Part shown: one piece after another, positions 26,305-44,457 of the stretch
How the letters are laid out: every line of letters starts with the position of its first letter
Numbering within the stretch: the stretch's first letter is position 1
DNA from: the human T2T-CHM13v2.0 reference genome, Homo sapiens
Length of the DNA stretch: 64,000 bases
Reading direction: 5' to 3' (one strand)
Assembly: GCF_009914755.1 (NCBI RefSeq)
Contig: NC_060932.1
The notes under the pieces: generated by a model
Databases searched by the model: none
Seen by the model: the letters and a program-made list of their open reading frames with translations, nothing else
Told to the model about the DNA's origin: nothing
Program-made: the position numbers and the translations under genes

Positions 26305-27170
26305 GTCTGTATAAATTCAACTGACTAGAAACTCTGCAGATGTTACTAACACAGCTAATAAGACTGTCTTCGGAGATCAATGCAAACTTTACTGCTCTTT
26401 TCTCAGTGACTCTGCCATCTCCAGAAACTAATGTTCTCTGTTAATCTGACTCCACTACTGGCTTCTTAGTGACCTTTATAAATCCAAAACTTGCTCCATG
26501 TACAACTTGCTCTAAGTTAATAACCTCTGAACATTTTTTCAAATATTGCTTCTCTTCTGCTGCCTTGCACCTGTTCGAGCACCAAAGTTGGGTCATAAAA
26601 GGCCATATGCACTTGTGTCTGTATATATGTATGTATAGACATGTATAAAAGTTTAATATAGAAAATAATTTCTTCTGCCCTTGGAAATCTGATAAAAAAA
26701 CTTTTAAGCAAAGGACACAGAAAAGGTCTTCTATATGGTATAGTGAAAATATTCTTAATAAAATACCATCCGTTAACCAATAGTTATATTTTTCATTGAC
26801 ATCAACTCGTATTGAGTAGATTTGTAGTCATTTCTAATTATTCGTAACATGGGTGTATCCCCTCAGGGATTTAGATTTTTATACATTGAGTTTTCTTTGA
26901 GTTGTTTTATCTATCTTTCCTTTTTCTAAATGATACACTCTTTTTTTCTAATTTATTTATCTTTTTTTAATATACTTAAGTTCTGGGATACATGTGCAGA
27001 ACATGCAGGTTTTTTACATAGGTATACATGGACCATGGTAGTTTGCTGCACCCATCAACCCGTCATCTACATTAAGTATTTCTCCTAATGCTATCCCTCC
27101 CCTTGCCCCACAACCCCAACAGGACCCAGTGTGTAATGTTCCCCTCCCTGTGTCCATGTGTTCTCATTGT

Positions 27171-31349
<4,179 letters not shown>

Positions 31350-31376
31350 TATGATGCTAGCTGGTTATTTAGCCCA

Positions 31377-32430
31377 TTAGTTGATGCAGTTTCTTCGTAA
31401 TGTCAATGGTCTTTGCAATTTGGTATGTTTTTGCAGTGGCTGGTACCGGTTTTTACTTTCCATATTTGTTACTTCCTCCAGGAGCTCTTGTAAGGCAGGC
31501 CTGGGGGTGAAAAAATCCCTCAGCATTTGCTTGTCTGTAAAGGATTTTATTTCTCCTTCACTTATGAAGCTTAGTTTGGCTGGATATGAAATTCTGGGTT
31601 GAAAATTCTTTTCTTTAAGAATGTTGAACGTTGGCCCCCACGCTCTTCTGGCTTGTAGAGTTTCTGCAGAGAGATCCGCTGTTAGACCGATGGGCTTCCC
31701 TTTGTGGGTAGCCCAACCTTTCGCTCTGGCTGCCCTTAACATTTTTTCCTTCATTTCAACCTTGGTGAATCTGATGATTGGGGTTGCTCTTCTTGAGGAG
31801 TATCTTTGTGATGTTGTCTGTATTTCCTGAATTTGAATGTTGGCCTGTCTTGCTAGGTTGGGGAAATTCTCCTGGATAATATCCTGAAGTGTGTTTTCCA
31901 ACTTCGTTCCATTCTCCCTGTCACTTTCAGGTATACCAATCAAACGCAGATTTGGTCTTTTCACATTGTCCCATATTTCTTGGAGGCTTTGTTCATTCCT
32001 TTTCATTATTTTTTCTCTAATCTTGTCTTCATGCTTTATTTCCTTAAGTTGATCTTCAATCTCTGATATCCTTTCTTTCACTTGATCAATTTGGCTATTG
32101 ATACTTGTGTATGCTTCACAAAGTTCTTACGCTGTGTTTTTCAGCTCCATCAGGTCATTTATATTCTTCTCTAAACTGATTATTCTAGTTAGCAGTTCCT
32201 GTAAGCTTTTATCAAGGTTCTTAGCTTCCTTGCATTGGGTTAGAATATGCTCCTTTAGCTCGGAGGAGCTTGTTACTGCTTACCTTCTGGAGCCTACTTC
32301 TGTCAATTCATTAAACTCATTCTCCTTCCAGTTTTGTTCTCTTGCTGGCGAGGAGTTGCGATCCTTTGGAGGAGAAGGGGCATTCTGGTTTTTGAAACTT
32401 TCAGCCTTTTTATGTTGGTTTTTTTCTCAT
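31377..32430 (-). pseudogene. L1 ORF1p remnant
   Basis: ORF 31377-32081 (KRNEQSLQEIWD, PRISYPAKLSF); N-terminus broken after MRKK. Confidence 0.9.
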
Positions 32431-35400
32431 CTTTCTGGATTTGTCTACCTTTGGTCTTTGATGTTGGTGACCTTTGGATGGGGTTCGAGTGGTCGTCCTT
32501 TTTGTTGATGTTGATGCTATTGCTTCCTGTTTTTTAGTTTTCCTTCTAACAGTCAGGCCCCTCTGCTGCAGGTCTGTTGGAGTTTGGTGGAGGGCCATTC
32601 CAGACCCTGTGTGCCTGGGTATCATCAGCAGAGGCTGCAGAAAAGCAAAGATTGCTGCCTGCTCCTTCCTCTGGAAGCTTCATCCCAGAGGGGCACCTGC
32701 CAGATGCCAGCTGGAGCTCTCCTGTATGAAGTGTCTGTCGACTCCTGGTGTCTCCCCATCAGGAGGCACGGGGGTCAGGGACCCATTTGAGGAGACTGTC
32801 TGTCCCTTAGCAGAGTTCGAGCGCTGTGCTGGGAGGTCCTCTGCTCTTTTCAGAGCCAGCAGGCAGGAATGTTTAAGTCTGCTGAAGCTGCGCCCACAGC
32901 CACCCCTTCCCCCAGGTGCTCTGTCACAGGGAGATGAGAGTTTTATCTAGAAACCCCTGACTGGGGCTGCTGCCTTTCTTTTAGAGATGCCCTGCCCAGA
33001 GAGGAGGAATCTAGAGAGGCAGTCTGGCTACAGTGGTTTTGTGGTGCTGCGGTAGGCTCTGCCCAGTCCAAACTTCCAGGCAGCTTTGTTTACACTGTGA
33101 GGGGAAAACTGTCTACTCAAGCCTTACTAATGGTGGACACCCCTCCCCCCACCAAGCTCGAGCATCCCAGGTTGACTTCAGATTGCTGTGCTGGCAGCGA
33201 GAATTTCAAGACAGTGGATCTTAGCTTGTTGGGCTCCGTGGGGGTTGGATCTGCTGAGCAAGACCACTGGGATCCCTGGCTTCAGCCCCCTTTCCAGGGG
33301 AGTGAATGGTTCTGTCTCGCTGGCATTCCAGGCATCATGGGGTATGAAAATAAACTCTTGCAGCTAGCTCGGTGTTTGCCCAGATGGCCACCCAGCTTTG
33401 TGCTTGAAACCCAGGGCCCTGGTGGTATAGGCACCCAAGGGAATCTCCTGGTCTGTGGGTTGCAAAGACCGTGGGAAAAGCATAGTATCTGGGCTGGATA
33501 GCTCTGTCCCTCATGGCGTGGTCCCTCATGGCTTCCCTTGGCTAGGGGAGGGAGTTCCCCAACTCTTTGTGCTTCCTGGATGAGGCGACGTCCCACCCTG
33601 CTTATGCTCACCCTCCATGGGCTGCACCCACTGTCTAACCAGTCCCAATGAGATGAACCCAGTACCTCAGTTGGAAATACAGAAATCACCCGCCTTCTGC
33701 ATTGGTCTCACTGGGAGCTGCAGACCAGAGCTGTTCCTATTTGGCCATCTTGCCCAGGCACCAAAATCAATGATACACTCTTAATTGTGGCCTGGTACAC
33801 TTTTAATCATGGCCTTCCCATGTATTCTAAATTTACACTATATCATTCCTTTCAGTCTAGAACCTGAAAATTCTTTCTTAGACATGTTTCTAATCAAACC
33901 AGGTAACTCCAGTATGCATCCAGAAGAATTTTTCTTTTGAGTCATAAAATATGTTTATTTAGCTCATTACTTGCATTTCTTGCCCTCTGCTGCATTATTT
34001 CTGACACTCTGGGAAAGAAGTCTACAAAATTTATTATTGCTCAAGTATAACATTATCATTCCTTTGCCTTCCTCACTCAAAAAGCCTTCAATGGGAAGTT
34101 ACTTTTATTTATGTGCTTACATAAACAACTATTTGACCCCAGAATCCTTTAAGGAAAGTACTTCATTTCTGGCTGATGGAGGAAATATTACAGGACACAG
34201 TGACAGACCCAAGAAGAGCCACACCTACTGTGAATAGCCAGAAGGCCATTACACTGATCTGGGAGTACTTTTGAAAAGTTAATGGATTCTTAAACAAAAT
34301 AGATTGAATTACAAATTCACTCAGACCATACACTTCAAATGGTTCATGATTGGCAAATTCAAAAAATAAAATAAAATTATGGTTAGGAATGGTAATTAAA
34401 TATATAAGTTGTGATTTTTTTTTCTGTGTTATTTTTCTCATATTGTAATTGAGTTCCTAAAAATGAGACCCGTGGAAACTTCCCAAGGTGAGAGGCTTTG
34501 TTTTGTTTTGTTTCTGTTTTTTGTTTTTTTTTTGTTTGTTTCTTTGCTTTTTGTTTTTTACTTTTTCTGAGAAATACATTAAGCTTCTTAGTGAATTATT
34601 CCTGTTAATTTGGAAAGAATAAAAATTTAATATCATGCATGCACTTGTAAGCTATGCAAGGTAAAATAATAATAATATTTACTTTGGGTTGTCTCTAGAT
34701 AATTTTTCCTTTTCTAGTTTCTTTCGTTTCACACTGTTTATTTTTGACATAGTTGGACACCTAGATGAAGGGAAAAAAAGATCAAAAGTCTTAAACACTC
34801 TGACCCAGTTAAACAAACCTGTAGTAAAAACGAAAAATATTGATAAATTTGGTGGTGCTTATTTGCTTTGCAAAACTGTTTTTTTTTTCTCTCTCTCTCT
34901 TTTGCCTTACAGAAGAACCTACTGTAGAATTCTTTAAGTATCAAGCTCCTTTAGAGGATTTTAATTAAATAAGATATGTACACACTTGATTTACAGGTGC
35001 CCTCTCAGGGACTCACCAGAGGGTTCTTTGAAAATTTGTATCAGTGTTTTATGAAGTGTTACTGTGATACAAATGTAATGTGTTATGACTGGAGACAGAA
35101 AGTGGACTGCATGTAAATTTAGATTATGAAACTAAGGTGGACAGGCAGATGCACATCTCTATTAAAGTCTGAGGGTCTTGAAATCACATGGACCAAATGA
35201 CATCTTAAAATAATAATGTATGGCGCAGAAAGACAGATGGCTAAGACATACTATGAAAGCAAGAAAGGAAATGTGTCAAGATAAGAGGAATACCAGACCT
35301 TCCTTAACTCTCAAGGCTGATTAAATTTACACAAAGAAATGATAAGCTTGTGTACTGAAGTTGGACAATAGTGTATGTATATGTTATACACTGTGTACTA

Positions 35401-36595
35401 TAACATTGTAGACCAAATTTCAGCTTAAACATATGTAAAACAAGGGGAATTTAATTTACGTTTCCAGTTGAGGTAAATGAAATGTTTCTATACTTTCTAG
35501 ATATAATTACATCTATCAAATACTTCTAGGTTAAAAAAAACCCTTTGAATTCTTAGAAATAAAACTATAGTACCTGTCAAATATTTTGTAAGGATTGACT
35601 TTCAACTCTGTCTTGGAATATGGAGGAGTGGCAATGACATTGCCATACATTTTGTTGTCAGGGTAGGAAGGTCTCTCATTTATTTTAAAAGGCTAGTCAG
35701 GATTTCAGAATTTTCTAGAGCCTCAGTGTAAAAATCTGTAGCTCTAACATGAATTCTGGGTTGCAAGAATACGTCTAGAGTAAGAATACTCAAAGTGTGA
35801 CTCAGTCTCCTACATGACTGCATGATAGTTTCAGATATTAAGATTAACATTTTAGAAACATTGATAGCCATTTGACATTACTGCAACAACCTGAGAACAT
35901 GATCACTTTTCTAACCACTTGGTTTTATCGTATTTTACAAATAAATTGGTCTGCAATGGATGGGAATTAAAATGACACCACCACCACCAACAATAGCAAC
36001 TAGTCCTTCACCACAAAGAGTTTGAGAATCACTGCCTAGAACTGAACTTCATAAGAGGGGAACACAGCGAGATGCAGGGCATCCTCTTTCTACTGCAGGA
36101 ACAGCTGGTTGGATATGGTCCAGGTTGCTCTGAAAAGCTTTGGGTGATATTAGAGCCAGACATGAAAATCCATTTCTGAAAAAAATTAAAAGCATGAAGC
36201 TCACTGGTTATATTTCCATCCCACTTAACCATGAACATTTTTTACAGAACTGTTTTATAAATAAAACCAGCATCTGTTCTGACCTGCAGCATTTGTTTTT
36301 AGTAGGAGCACATTTTTTTACTTTGCTTTGTCTAAACAAGCAGAGGCCAAGCAAGAGGAACTTTGCATACCCAAGAGGAGATGGTTTTTTACTCTTGAAA
36401 ATGAATATCAATAGGGTAAGAAGGTTCAAGTGGTGCAGTCATGTGGAGTAGAGGACAAAGGCCCAGACAAGATTCTTGGGGTTTCGGTATGGCTCTTTTA
36501 CTCAATATCTATATGGGCCTCAGTTTTCTCATCTGTAAAATGAATGTGATGATACCCCTTATTTCAAAAGGTGGTAGTGAAGATTAAGTGAATTA

Positions 36596-36933
36596 CAGAT
36601 TGAGAATTCCTAATCATAAAATTCAAAATCTGAAATGCTCCAAAATCCAAAACGTTTTGAACACTGACATGATGCTACAAGTGGAAAATTTCACATAGAA
36701 GTAATTAACACAAACTTTGTTTTACGCACAAAATTATTAAAAATATTGTATAAAATTACCTTCAGATTATGTATATAAAGTGTATATGAAATGTAAATGA
36801 ATATTGTGTTTAGACTTGGGTCTAATCCTCAAGATACCTCATTATACATCTACAAATATTCCTGAATCTAACAAAATCTCAAATCCAAAACACTTCTGGT
36901 CTCAAGCATTTCTGATAAGGGTTACTCAATCTG
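36596..36933. mobile_element. Tigger4/MER46-type TcMar MITE inserted in a MIR
   Basis: TIRs cagattgagaattcctaatc / gataagggttactcaatctg; TA at the left flank; MIR sequence on both sides. Confidence 0.8.
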
Positions 36934-38572
36934 CATATGCTGTATTAGAATGCTTACAGCAGCACCTGGCACATAGTAATTGCTAGGTAAGGGAAGCCTC
37001 TTACTATAAATCACAGCAACTATTCCTGGCAAGCTAATGAGTCTTCTAAAACAGTCACACTGCTTTTTAGTATTCCATGTGCTAAATTTAATTGGTTAGT
37101 TCCAAGACCATGGGCTTCTCAGTTTGAAAGAAGACATTATTTAACATCAACATGGGTGGTTTGTTAGATGGACAAATTGAAATGAATGCCCAGGCTCTGC
37201 TTCAGAGGGGTTACATTTAAGAGAAACACCCTGAGGGAAGCTATGTTGGTGGAGTAATGCAAGTCAGGGCAACCTCAATTCTTCTCTTACACGTTCTTAG
37301 TGCTAGGGCCGTCTAACTCATTCTGGAATAAAGCAGAGCTTCTTTGTAAATATCTCCTTCTCAGGACCCCGAGTCCACACATCAATTCAGACCTGTACAT
37401 TTCAATGGCCCTTTCCTATGAGGAGCAAAATCATATTAATCTCATATAAAAATCATCTAATTTAGATTTCCTTGTTTCATATTTAAAATACTGCTTTTAA
37501 GGGCTTAGCAATATCTTAGCAACAGCTGCTTCTGGGTTCAACTCGAGGCTTTCTAGGGCTTATTCCATGATTTATAGGTTCCTTCCTTCATCCAGAAGGA
37601 GACAGCATCGCCCTTTGCCTGCTGGCATTTTACCCAGCACTTGAATCGAAAAGTAACTCCAGCTGTCCTGGTCTTGTGACTCCCTTAAACCCGTTTGAGT
37701 CAGTTCTTACATCCTAGCACTTTTCCAGCCATGATTAAGTTCTTTAAATGGCCCGGTGATGGGCCAGCTTCTCACTCCTGGAGCACAGACAGAAAGTTTT
37801 GTGGTTTTAGCACTGAGAACATGTGGCTTTTCTGGTCCAGACGATTCTTTTCGAGGTGGCAGAGTTCACAAGCCACCACATGGAGCCCTGCACTCACACT
37901 TGCGCGATGTCGAACCCACTGCTGCATTTCTTTTTTGTGGGGACAGCCTTTTAGACACAGAGTGATGGTGATTCTAGATTGAGGAAGACAACTCCTTTCA
38001 GAAATAAAAAAGCTGCACCGTTTTTTAGTGTTGCTGGTAAATATGCTTCAGCTCAAGAAAACTTGGCTTTGATGTGTGGTTCTGTTGCTCTTGGCTAGGA
38101 TCCATCCTTTCTAACTGAAAGAAGAAAATGCTGGGGTCTGATTATCTCTGAAGGAGGAAATAATGGAAGGCTGACTTTGCAAGAGGATACTTAAGTAAAA
38201 TAAAAAATGATAAGCAGCAGGCTGGATTATAGAATGAGCTCTCCCAATCTATAAACACCTGCTATCTAAACAGGCCATTATTCTCTCTTCTGGATACTTT
38301 ACAAATGCCAAGAAGATGTTGAGAGAAGAATATTCCTTAGAGCTTAAGAGTGTCAAATTTAAACCTTCTGTATTAGTGATTATAAACTAAGGGTTACTGT
38401 GATGGGAATTTCAGGGAGAAACGCTTTTGCATGAGTGCCCTTTCTTTTCTCCTCACTCTCAAAGCACATCTCTTTTCTTTTGATTATTTCAAAATGCATA
38501 AAGTTATGCTCCATTACCAAATCAGTGGAAACGGGTCTCACTAAGACTGCAGTCCTTTGCTTTTTTGTTCAG

Positions 38573-38702
38573 GTTATGGTGCCTGGAAGCCAGAACAACC
38601 TCCTTCTGAAGCCTCTGCTTCCTGATACTGAATACAAAGTCACAGTGACTCCCATCTACACGGATGGCGAAGGCGTCAGCGTCTCCGCTCCTGGAAAAAC
38701 CT
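38573..38702 (+). CDS. COL14A1: COL14A1 exon: second half of FN3-6 ([21 protein letters not shown]...PGKT)
   Basis: ttttttgttcag| and T|gtaagt; 130 nt, phase 0-1. Confidence 0.96.
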
Positions 38703-39058
38703 GTAAGTGAAGCTTTCTCCCTTTGAATACAAGCCGACTCATTAAATGGAAATGCTTGTCCCCTGTAATGCACCCTGAAAGATACAGTAGATTGCAGTGA
38801 AGAAACTAAAAGATTTGGGAACAGGAAATCTGTCTGCATCCTGTCTTTACACACACAAGCTATGTGACTTTGAGCAAATTGCTTAAATGTTCTGGGCTGC
38901 AGTTTCTTTTTCTGTGGAAGTGAAGACTTGAAAAACAACTACATCTTTCTCTTCCAGAGTTTAATTCGTCAAGGTCCTGTGATTCATCAAAATGTATTCT
39001 GCATGCCTGATCTCTCTTCATCTAACAGGTGTGCTCTAGTCCAAGCCACACTCTCTCT

Positions 39059-39422
39059 TTTATTTTCATTTTATTTAATTAATTTACTTTTATTTCCATA
39101 GGTTTTGGGGAACAGGTGGTATTTGGTTACATGAGTAATTCTTTAGTGGTGATTTGTGATATTTTGGTGCACTCATCACCCGAGCAGTATACACTGAACC
39201 CAATTGGTAGTCTCTTATCCCTCATCCCCTTCCCACCCTTTCCCCTGGAGTCCCCAAAGTCCATTGTATCCTTCTTATGGCTTTGTATCTTCATAGCTTA
39301 TCTCCCACTTATAAGTGAGAACATATGATGTTTGGTTTTCCATTTCTGAGTTACTTCACTTAAAATAAGTCTCCAATCTCATCCAGGTTGCTGCAAATGC
39401 CATTAATTCATTCCCTTTTATG
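39059..39422 (-). mobile_element. L1PB-type 3' fragment
   Basis: ggggaacaggtggtatttggttacatgagtaa...; TSD caagccacactctctct / caagccactctctctct. Confidence 0.85.
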
Positions 39423-39439
39423 CAAGCCACTCTCTCTCT

Positions 39440-40120
39440 CATCCAGATGAGTGTACTAGCCTCCTGTCAGGTCTTCCTGCTTCTACTCATGCCATCTCCT
39501 ATTCTTCTTATAGCAGCTTGAGGAGGTTTTCAGCAGATAAATGATCTGCACCTCTGTTTTAGGCCTCCCAATGGCTTCTCACTGTACCCAGGATGAAATC
39601 TTATGTCCTTCCGTGCCTTACAAAGATCAACCTACCACCTGGATCCTGCCGATCTCTTTGATCTCCCCTCCTGGCCATTTCCCCAGTCATACCTCCCTGT
39701 CTGCTCTCCACTGGACTCTTTGAAGTTGTTCCTGCCTTAGGCCCCATGCCCTAGCGATTCCTTCTACATGGTATATGCTTTCCCAGATATTTGCATGTCA
39801 GAGTTTTTCTGGTCATCCGGGTCTAGGCTCAATGTCACCTCCTCAGCCTTTTCTGGCCACCCCATGCAAAGTAGCCCCCACTGTCTATGATATTATCCTT
39901 TTTTGTTTGTTGTTTTTGGTCATATCATGGCACTAATTACTCCCTGGTATTTTCTTATTTATTCATGTATTTGCTCACTTTCTGTCTCCCATCCCTGGAA
40001 GGCAAAGTATCATGAGAGCCTGGGGCCTCATCAATACTGTTCACCTCTGCATGCCAAGCTCCTATAGTGCTGGGTGGCACAGAGGAGGCGTCATGCAACG
40101 CTTATTTAAGATGGATTGAC
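39440..40120 (+). mobile_element. L2 fragment
   Basis: tagcctcctgtcaggtcttcctgcttct...caatgtcacctcctcag...gtgctgggtggcacagagga. Confidence 0.6.
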
Positions 40121-40189
40121 CATGTTCCTCAAATGAGAAAGATGCATGAAAACCCTTGGTTAAAGCACTGCAGAGTCATAGTTGTCTTC

Positions 40190-40720
40190 ATTATTGATAT
40201 GATTTTCTATTCTTGCATAAAGACTGCTCTAGAACTTAATGGCTTAAAACAGTGACCATTTTTTTTTATCATATCTCACAATTGTTTGGGTCAGGAAATT
40301 AGGCAGGACTTGCTGGGAAAGTCTGCTCCACATGGGATTGATCAGTGTCACCTGGTGGTATTCACTTGAGGGCTGGGCTGGTCTGGATGTTACAGGACAA
40401 CTTTACCCACATGTCTGGCATCTTGGTGGGGGTGGCAAGCAGGCTGGACCCAGCTGAGTGCCTCTCTCTCTCCCTTAGTCTCAGAGCTTCTCCATGTGGT
40501 CTTTCCAGCAGAGCAGTCATATTTCTTACATGTCAGCTCAGGACTGTAACAGCAAGAGTTCCAAGAGGCATAAAATGGAAACTGCTAGTGTCACTTCTGC
40601 TGCAGTCTATTTATTGGTCAAGGTAGTCATAGAACCCACTCAGATCCAAATAAACAGTCATAGTGCCACCTGTCAATGGAAGGAGGGTTGAAAACTCTGT
40701 GACCATCTTTATCCATCATA
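40190..40720 (-). mobile_element. MaLR solo LTR (MLT1-type)
   Basis: acttaatggcttaaaacag...tctcacaatt...gggtcaggaaatt pattern. Confidence 0.6.
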
Positions 40721-41835
40721 ATTACCAAATGGTGACATGTGGTTAGGTTCAAAATGGTGTCAAGGGCTGAATTATGTACCTGGGCACCGAAGTGTGGAGT
40801 TTTCAACTAAGTTTGCGAAAATCATTAAAATTCTGAAGCCCAGAGTCCTGATTCTGCTCAGCTGGGCAAATAGGTATCATCTCCTCATTTAACAGTGCTG
40901 GCATCTCTCCCTCCTCCCGTGCTTATGCCGTGTGCCTCCACCCAGACTCCCACCAAGCCTGCACATTTTGCTAAAAATCACCCAGAGTATTGTGAGTCCT
41001 TGGAGCTGCTATAGTTGTTTCCTCAAGGGACATGAGGAAGGAGAGAAGGAAAACAGAAGAGCAGAGCTATAGGGAGATTTCAAACTTTTCACTCCACCTT
41101 TACCAGTATATTGGCATCTTGATTTGGTCTATGCATTGGAATTTCTAGCATATGTTGGTATGTTGCTGCTAAATAAATGTTTGAAAACCAAAATCACAGA
41201 CTTAAGCAACAATTAAAGAAAACATCAAGTAGTATTTTACCTAGCGAGGTAAATACTTGCTATTATGTATTTATCTTTAAATAAAAACTATTTAAAGATT
41301 ATTAGTATGAAAATAGGGCTTAAATCTTATTACAGAAATGCCATTACGTCTTAAAAATCTCTATATAGTAAAATTATTTTGAAGTGTTAGTGGATGATCT
41401 AAGCAGTGATTAAGGAGTGGCCAACACAACTACGTTTTATCAACAACAAAATGATAATGACAAAATGCATACAAATTTACAACAGTCCTCCATATAAATG
41501 ACTGTAATGTTTTGATAAAAATGGATAAGCAATAATATAAAACTTCAAACAGTATAGGAAATATGAAGATGAAAGCAAAAAATAAAATCAGAATCTTACC
41601 TCTGAGAATAATCACCATTAACATTCTATGAACACACCCCCACTATTGCTGTTCACATATGCTTAGTGGAACACAGTGGCATGGAGACAGACATTTCTAA
41701 TAAACACGATTGAATTCAATTATAACTAAAATTAACTGATGAATAGGGAATCAAAATAACAATGAAAGACTTCTACATTTCAGATAAAAGTATTTTGTTC
41801 TAAGAGCAATTATTTCCCATATATTTAATATTGAA

Positions 41836-42166
<331 letters not shown>

Positions 42167-42307
42167 TCATTGTGTGTTTCAGTGCACTTTCACTTTTAAA
42201 TATTTTTAATTTTGTGGGAAGATGTCTTATATTTTGATGGCATCAGTGTAGGACATAAAGAAGGAAATTACACTGAATCCCTGTTTTTCCTTTTCTTTCC
42301 TACTCAG

Positions 42308-42430
42308 TACCATCCTCGGGGCCCCAGAACTTGCGGGTGTCCGAGGAATGGTATAACCGGTTGCGCATTACGTGGGACCCCCCATCTTCCCCGGTGAAAG
42401 GCTATAGAATTGTCTACAAACCTGTCAGTG
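42308..42430 (+). CDS. COL14A1: COL14A1 exon: first half of FN3-7 ([23 protein letters not shown]...KPVS)
   Basis: tttcctactcag| and G|gtaagt; 123 nt, phase 1-1. Confidence 0.96.
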
Positions 42431-43268
42431 GTAAGTAATGCTTTGTAAATAATGTTGATACCATGAGTAGTCACTTAAAATGTCTTTTAAGATAAATTGT
42501 TTTCTTATAACACCTTATGTTTGGTTGTATTTTTTTAAAGAAGTAGGGAGAACCTCTTACTTGTTTTGGAAAAATAAAGTGTTTTAGTATGGTCAGTGAT
42601 AGGGTAGATATTATCAGGATGATGAAGCTATGACATCACATAAAAAACTACTGGGCACATCAATTAGAAGACTATATATTGGGTATATACATGACCTAAT
42701 CATACCCTAGACCAGGAACCAATCTAAGGAAATCTTGACTTTATAGGAATAGGAAGCTTTATGCTCAATAAAGACATAAATTCTAAACATTTGGAATCTC
42801 TAACTTCAAAGTTCTCTTCTACCTCTTACTTCTTGGATTAGTTGGAAAATTTTCATTTACCAACTTCTTAGTCTCCTCAGTTTGGAAATGGAATAGGGGG
42901 AAGAAAAAAAAAACTCATCACGGTAGTAAAATGCTTTTCCACCAGTCTCTTAGCCACCTCCATAAGAGGATCCCTCTCGCCTCTACCTCCCACATCATTA
43001 TATCTTGAAGGCATGAAAATGATACAAGTAGAAAGCGATCGTACCCTTGGTCTGTATGCCTGTGAAGAGGAGACCGTATGCCCCAGCACCTCTTACAGTA
43101 CCATCTCCCCATTCTTAGCAATCTCACAAAGTTTAAACAGGAGACTAGAATTGATGTTATTAAGGTCTTCTCAGTTTTCTAGACCTGGGCCTGCAGTACT
43201 CTAGTTGTTCAGCAGAAAGGGCAGGAAAATTTTAAAAACATTCTTACGGTCATTAAAACATTTTCTGC

Positions 43269-43584
<316 letters not shown>

Positions 43585-43612
43585 TCAAAAACTCCATTAG
43601 TTTCAATCTTTC

Positions 43613-43908
43613 TTTTTTTTTTTTTTTTTTTTTGAGACGGAGTCTCGCTCTGTCACCCAGGCTGGAGTACAGTGGCGCAGCCTCGGCTCACTGCAAGCTC
43701 CGCCTCCCGGGTTCACGCCATTCTCCTGCCTCAGCTTCTCCGAGTAGCTGGGACTACAGGCGCCCGCCACCACGCCCGGCTAATTTTTTTTTTTTTTTTT
43801 TTAGTAGAGACGGGGTTTCACCGTGGTCTCGATCTCCTGACCTCGTGATCCACCCGCCTCGGCCTCCCAAAGTGCTGGGATTACAAGCGTGAGCCACCGC
43901 GCCCGGCC
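43613..43908 (-). mobile_element. Young AluY with 12-bp left-arm deletion (AluYd lineage)
   Basis: CpG-rich; revcomp GAGACCACGGTGAAACC lacks TCCTGGCTAACA; T21 tail; perfect TSD TAGTTTCAATCTTTC at 43598 and 43909. Confidence 0.9.
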
Positions 43909-44266
43909 TAGTTTCAATCTTTCATCTGAGATATGGTTCTCGCCCCATATCAATTTTCAGCCTTTTCTATTGTGCCTCATTATCCAGGTGCTATTGTCTT
44001 CAGGCCCGTAAGACTCAAATACTCCCACCTCCAATTTCTCCAGACAAACATCCTTATAACTAGGAAAATAAAACAGTAAGACTAGAACATGGGTGCACTA
44101 GCCTGCTCCAGGCTCATTCTCTGGGACCCATCACCAATGTTTTTGTCTGTTTGCTTTAGGCCGGAAGCATGCGTTAATTTGTAAGACAGCCTTGCTTAAT
44201 TTGTTTTTTGGATCATTTTACAAATATTGATCAGGCTTTCTAAGCACAAAAAGCTTTATTTTAGGC

Positions 44267-44457
44267 CAGCGGTTCTCAGTTGATGTCATTTGCTCCCAAA
44301 CGGAGACATTTTTGATTGTTACAACTGGTGAGAGAGGACTTGCTCCTGGAATCTAATGGGCACTCCTAAACATGCTACAATGGACAGTACTCCTCTGCCC
44401 CAGAATAAATAATTTTTCAGTTCAAAATACCAATAGTAGTGAGGCTGAGAAATCCTG
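44267..44457 (+). mobile_element. MER20 (hAT-Charlie MITE)
   Basis: Termini cagcggttctca / tgagaaatcctg; 8-bp TSD ttttaggc / ttctaggc. Confidence 0.8.
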
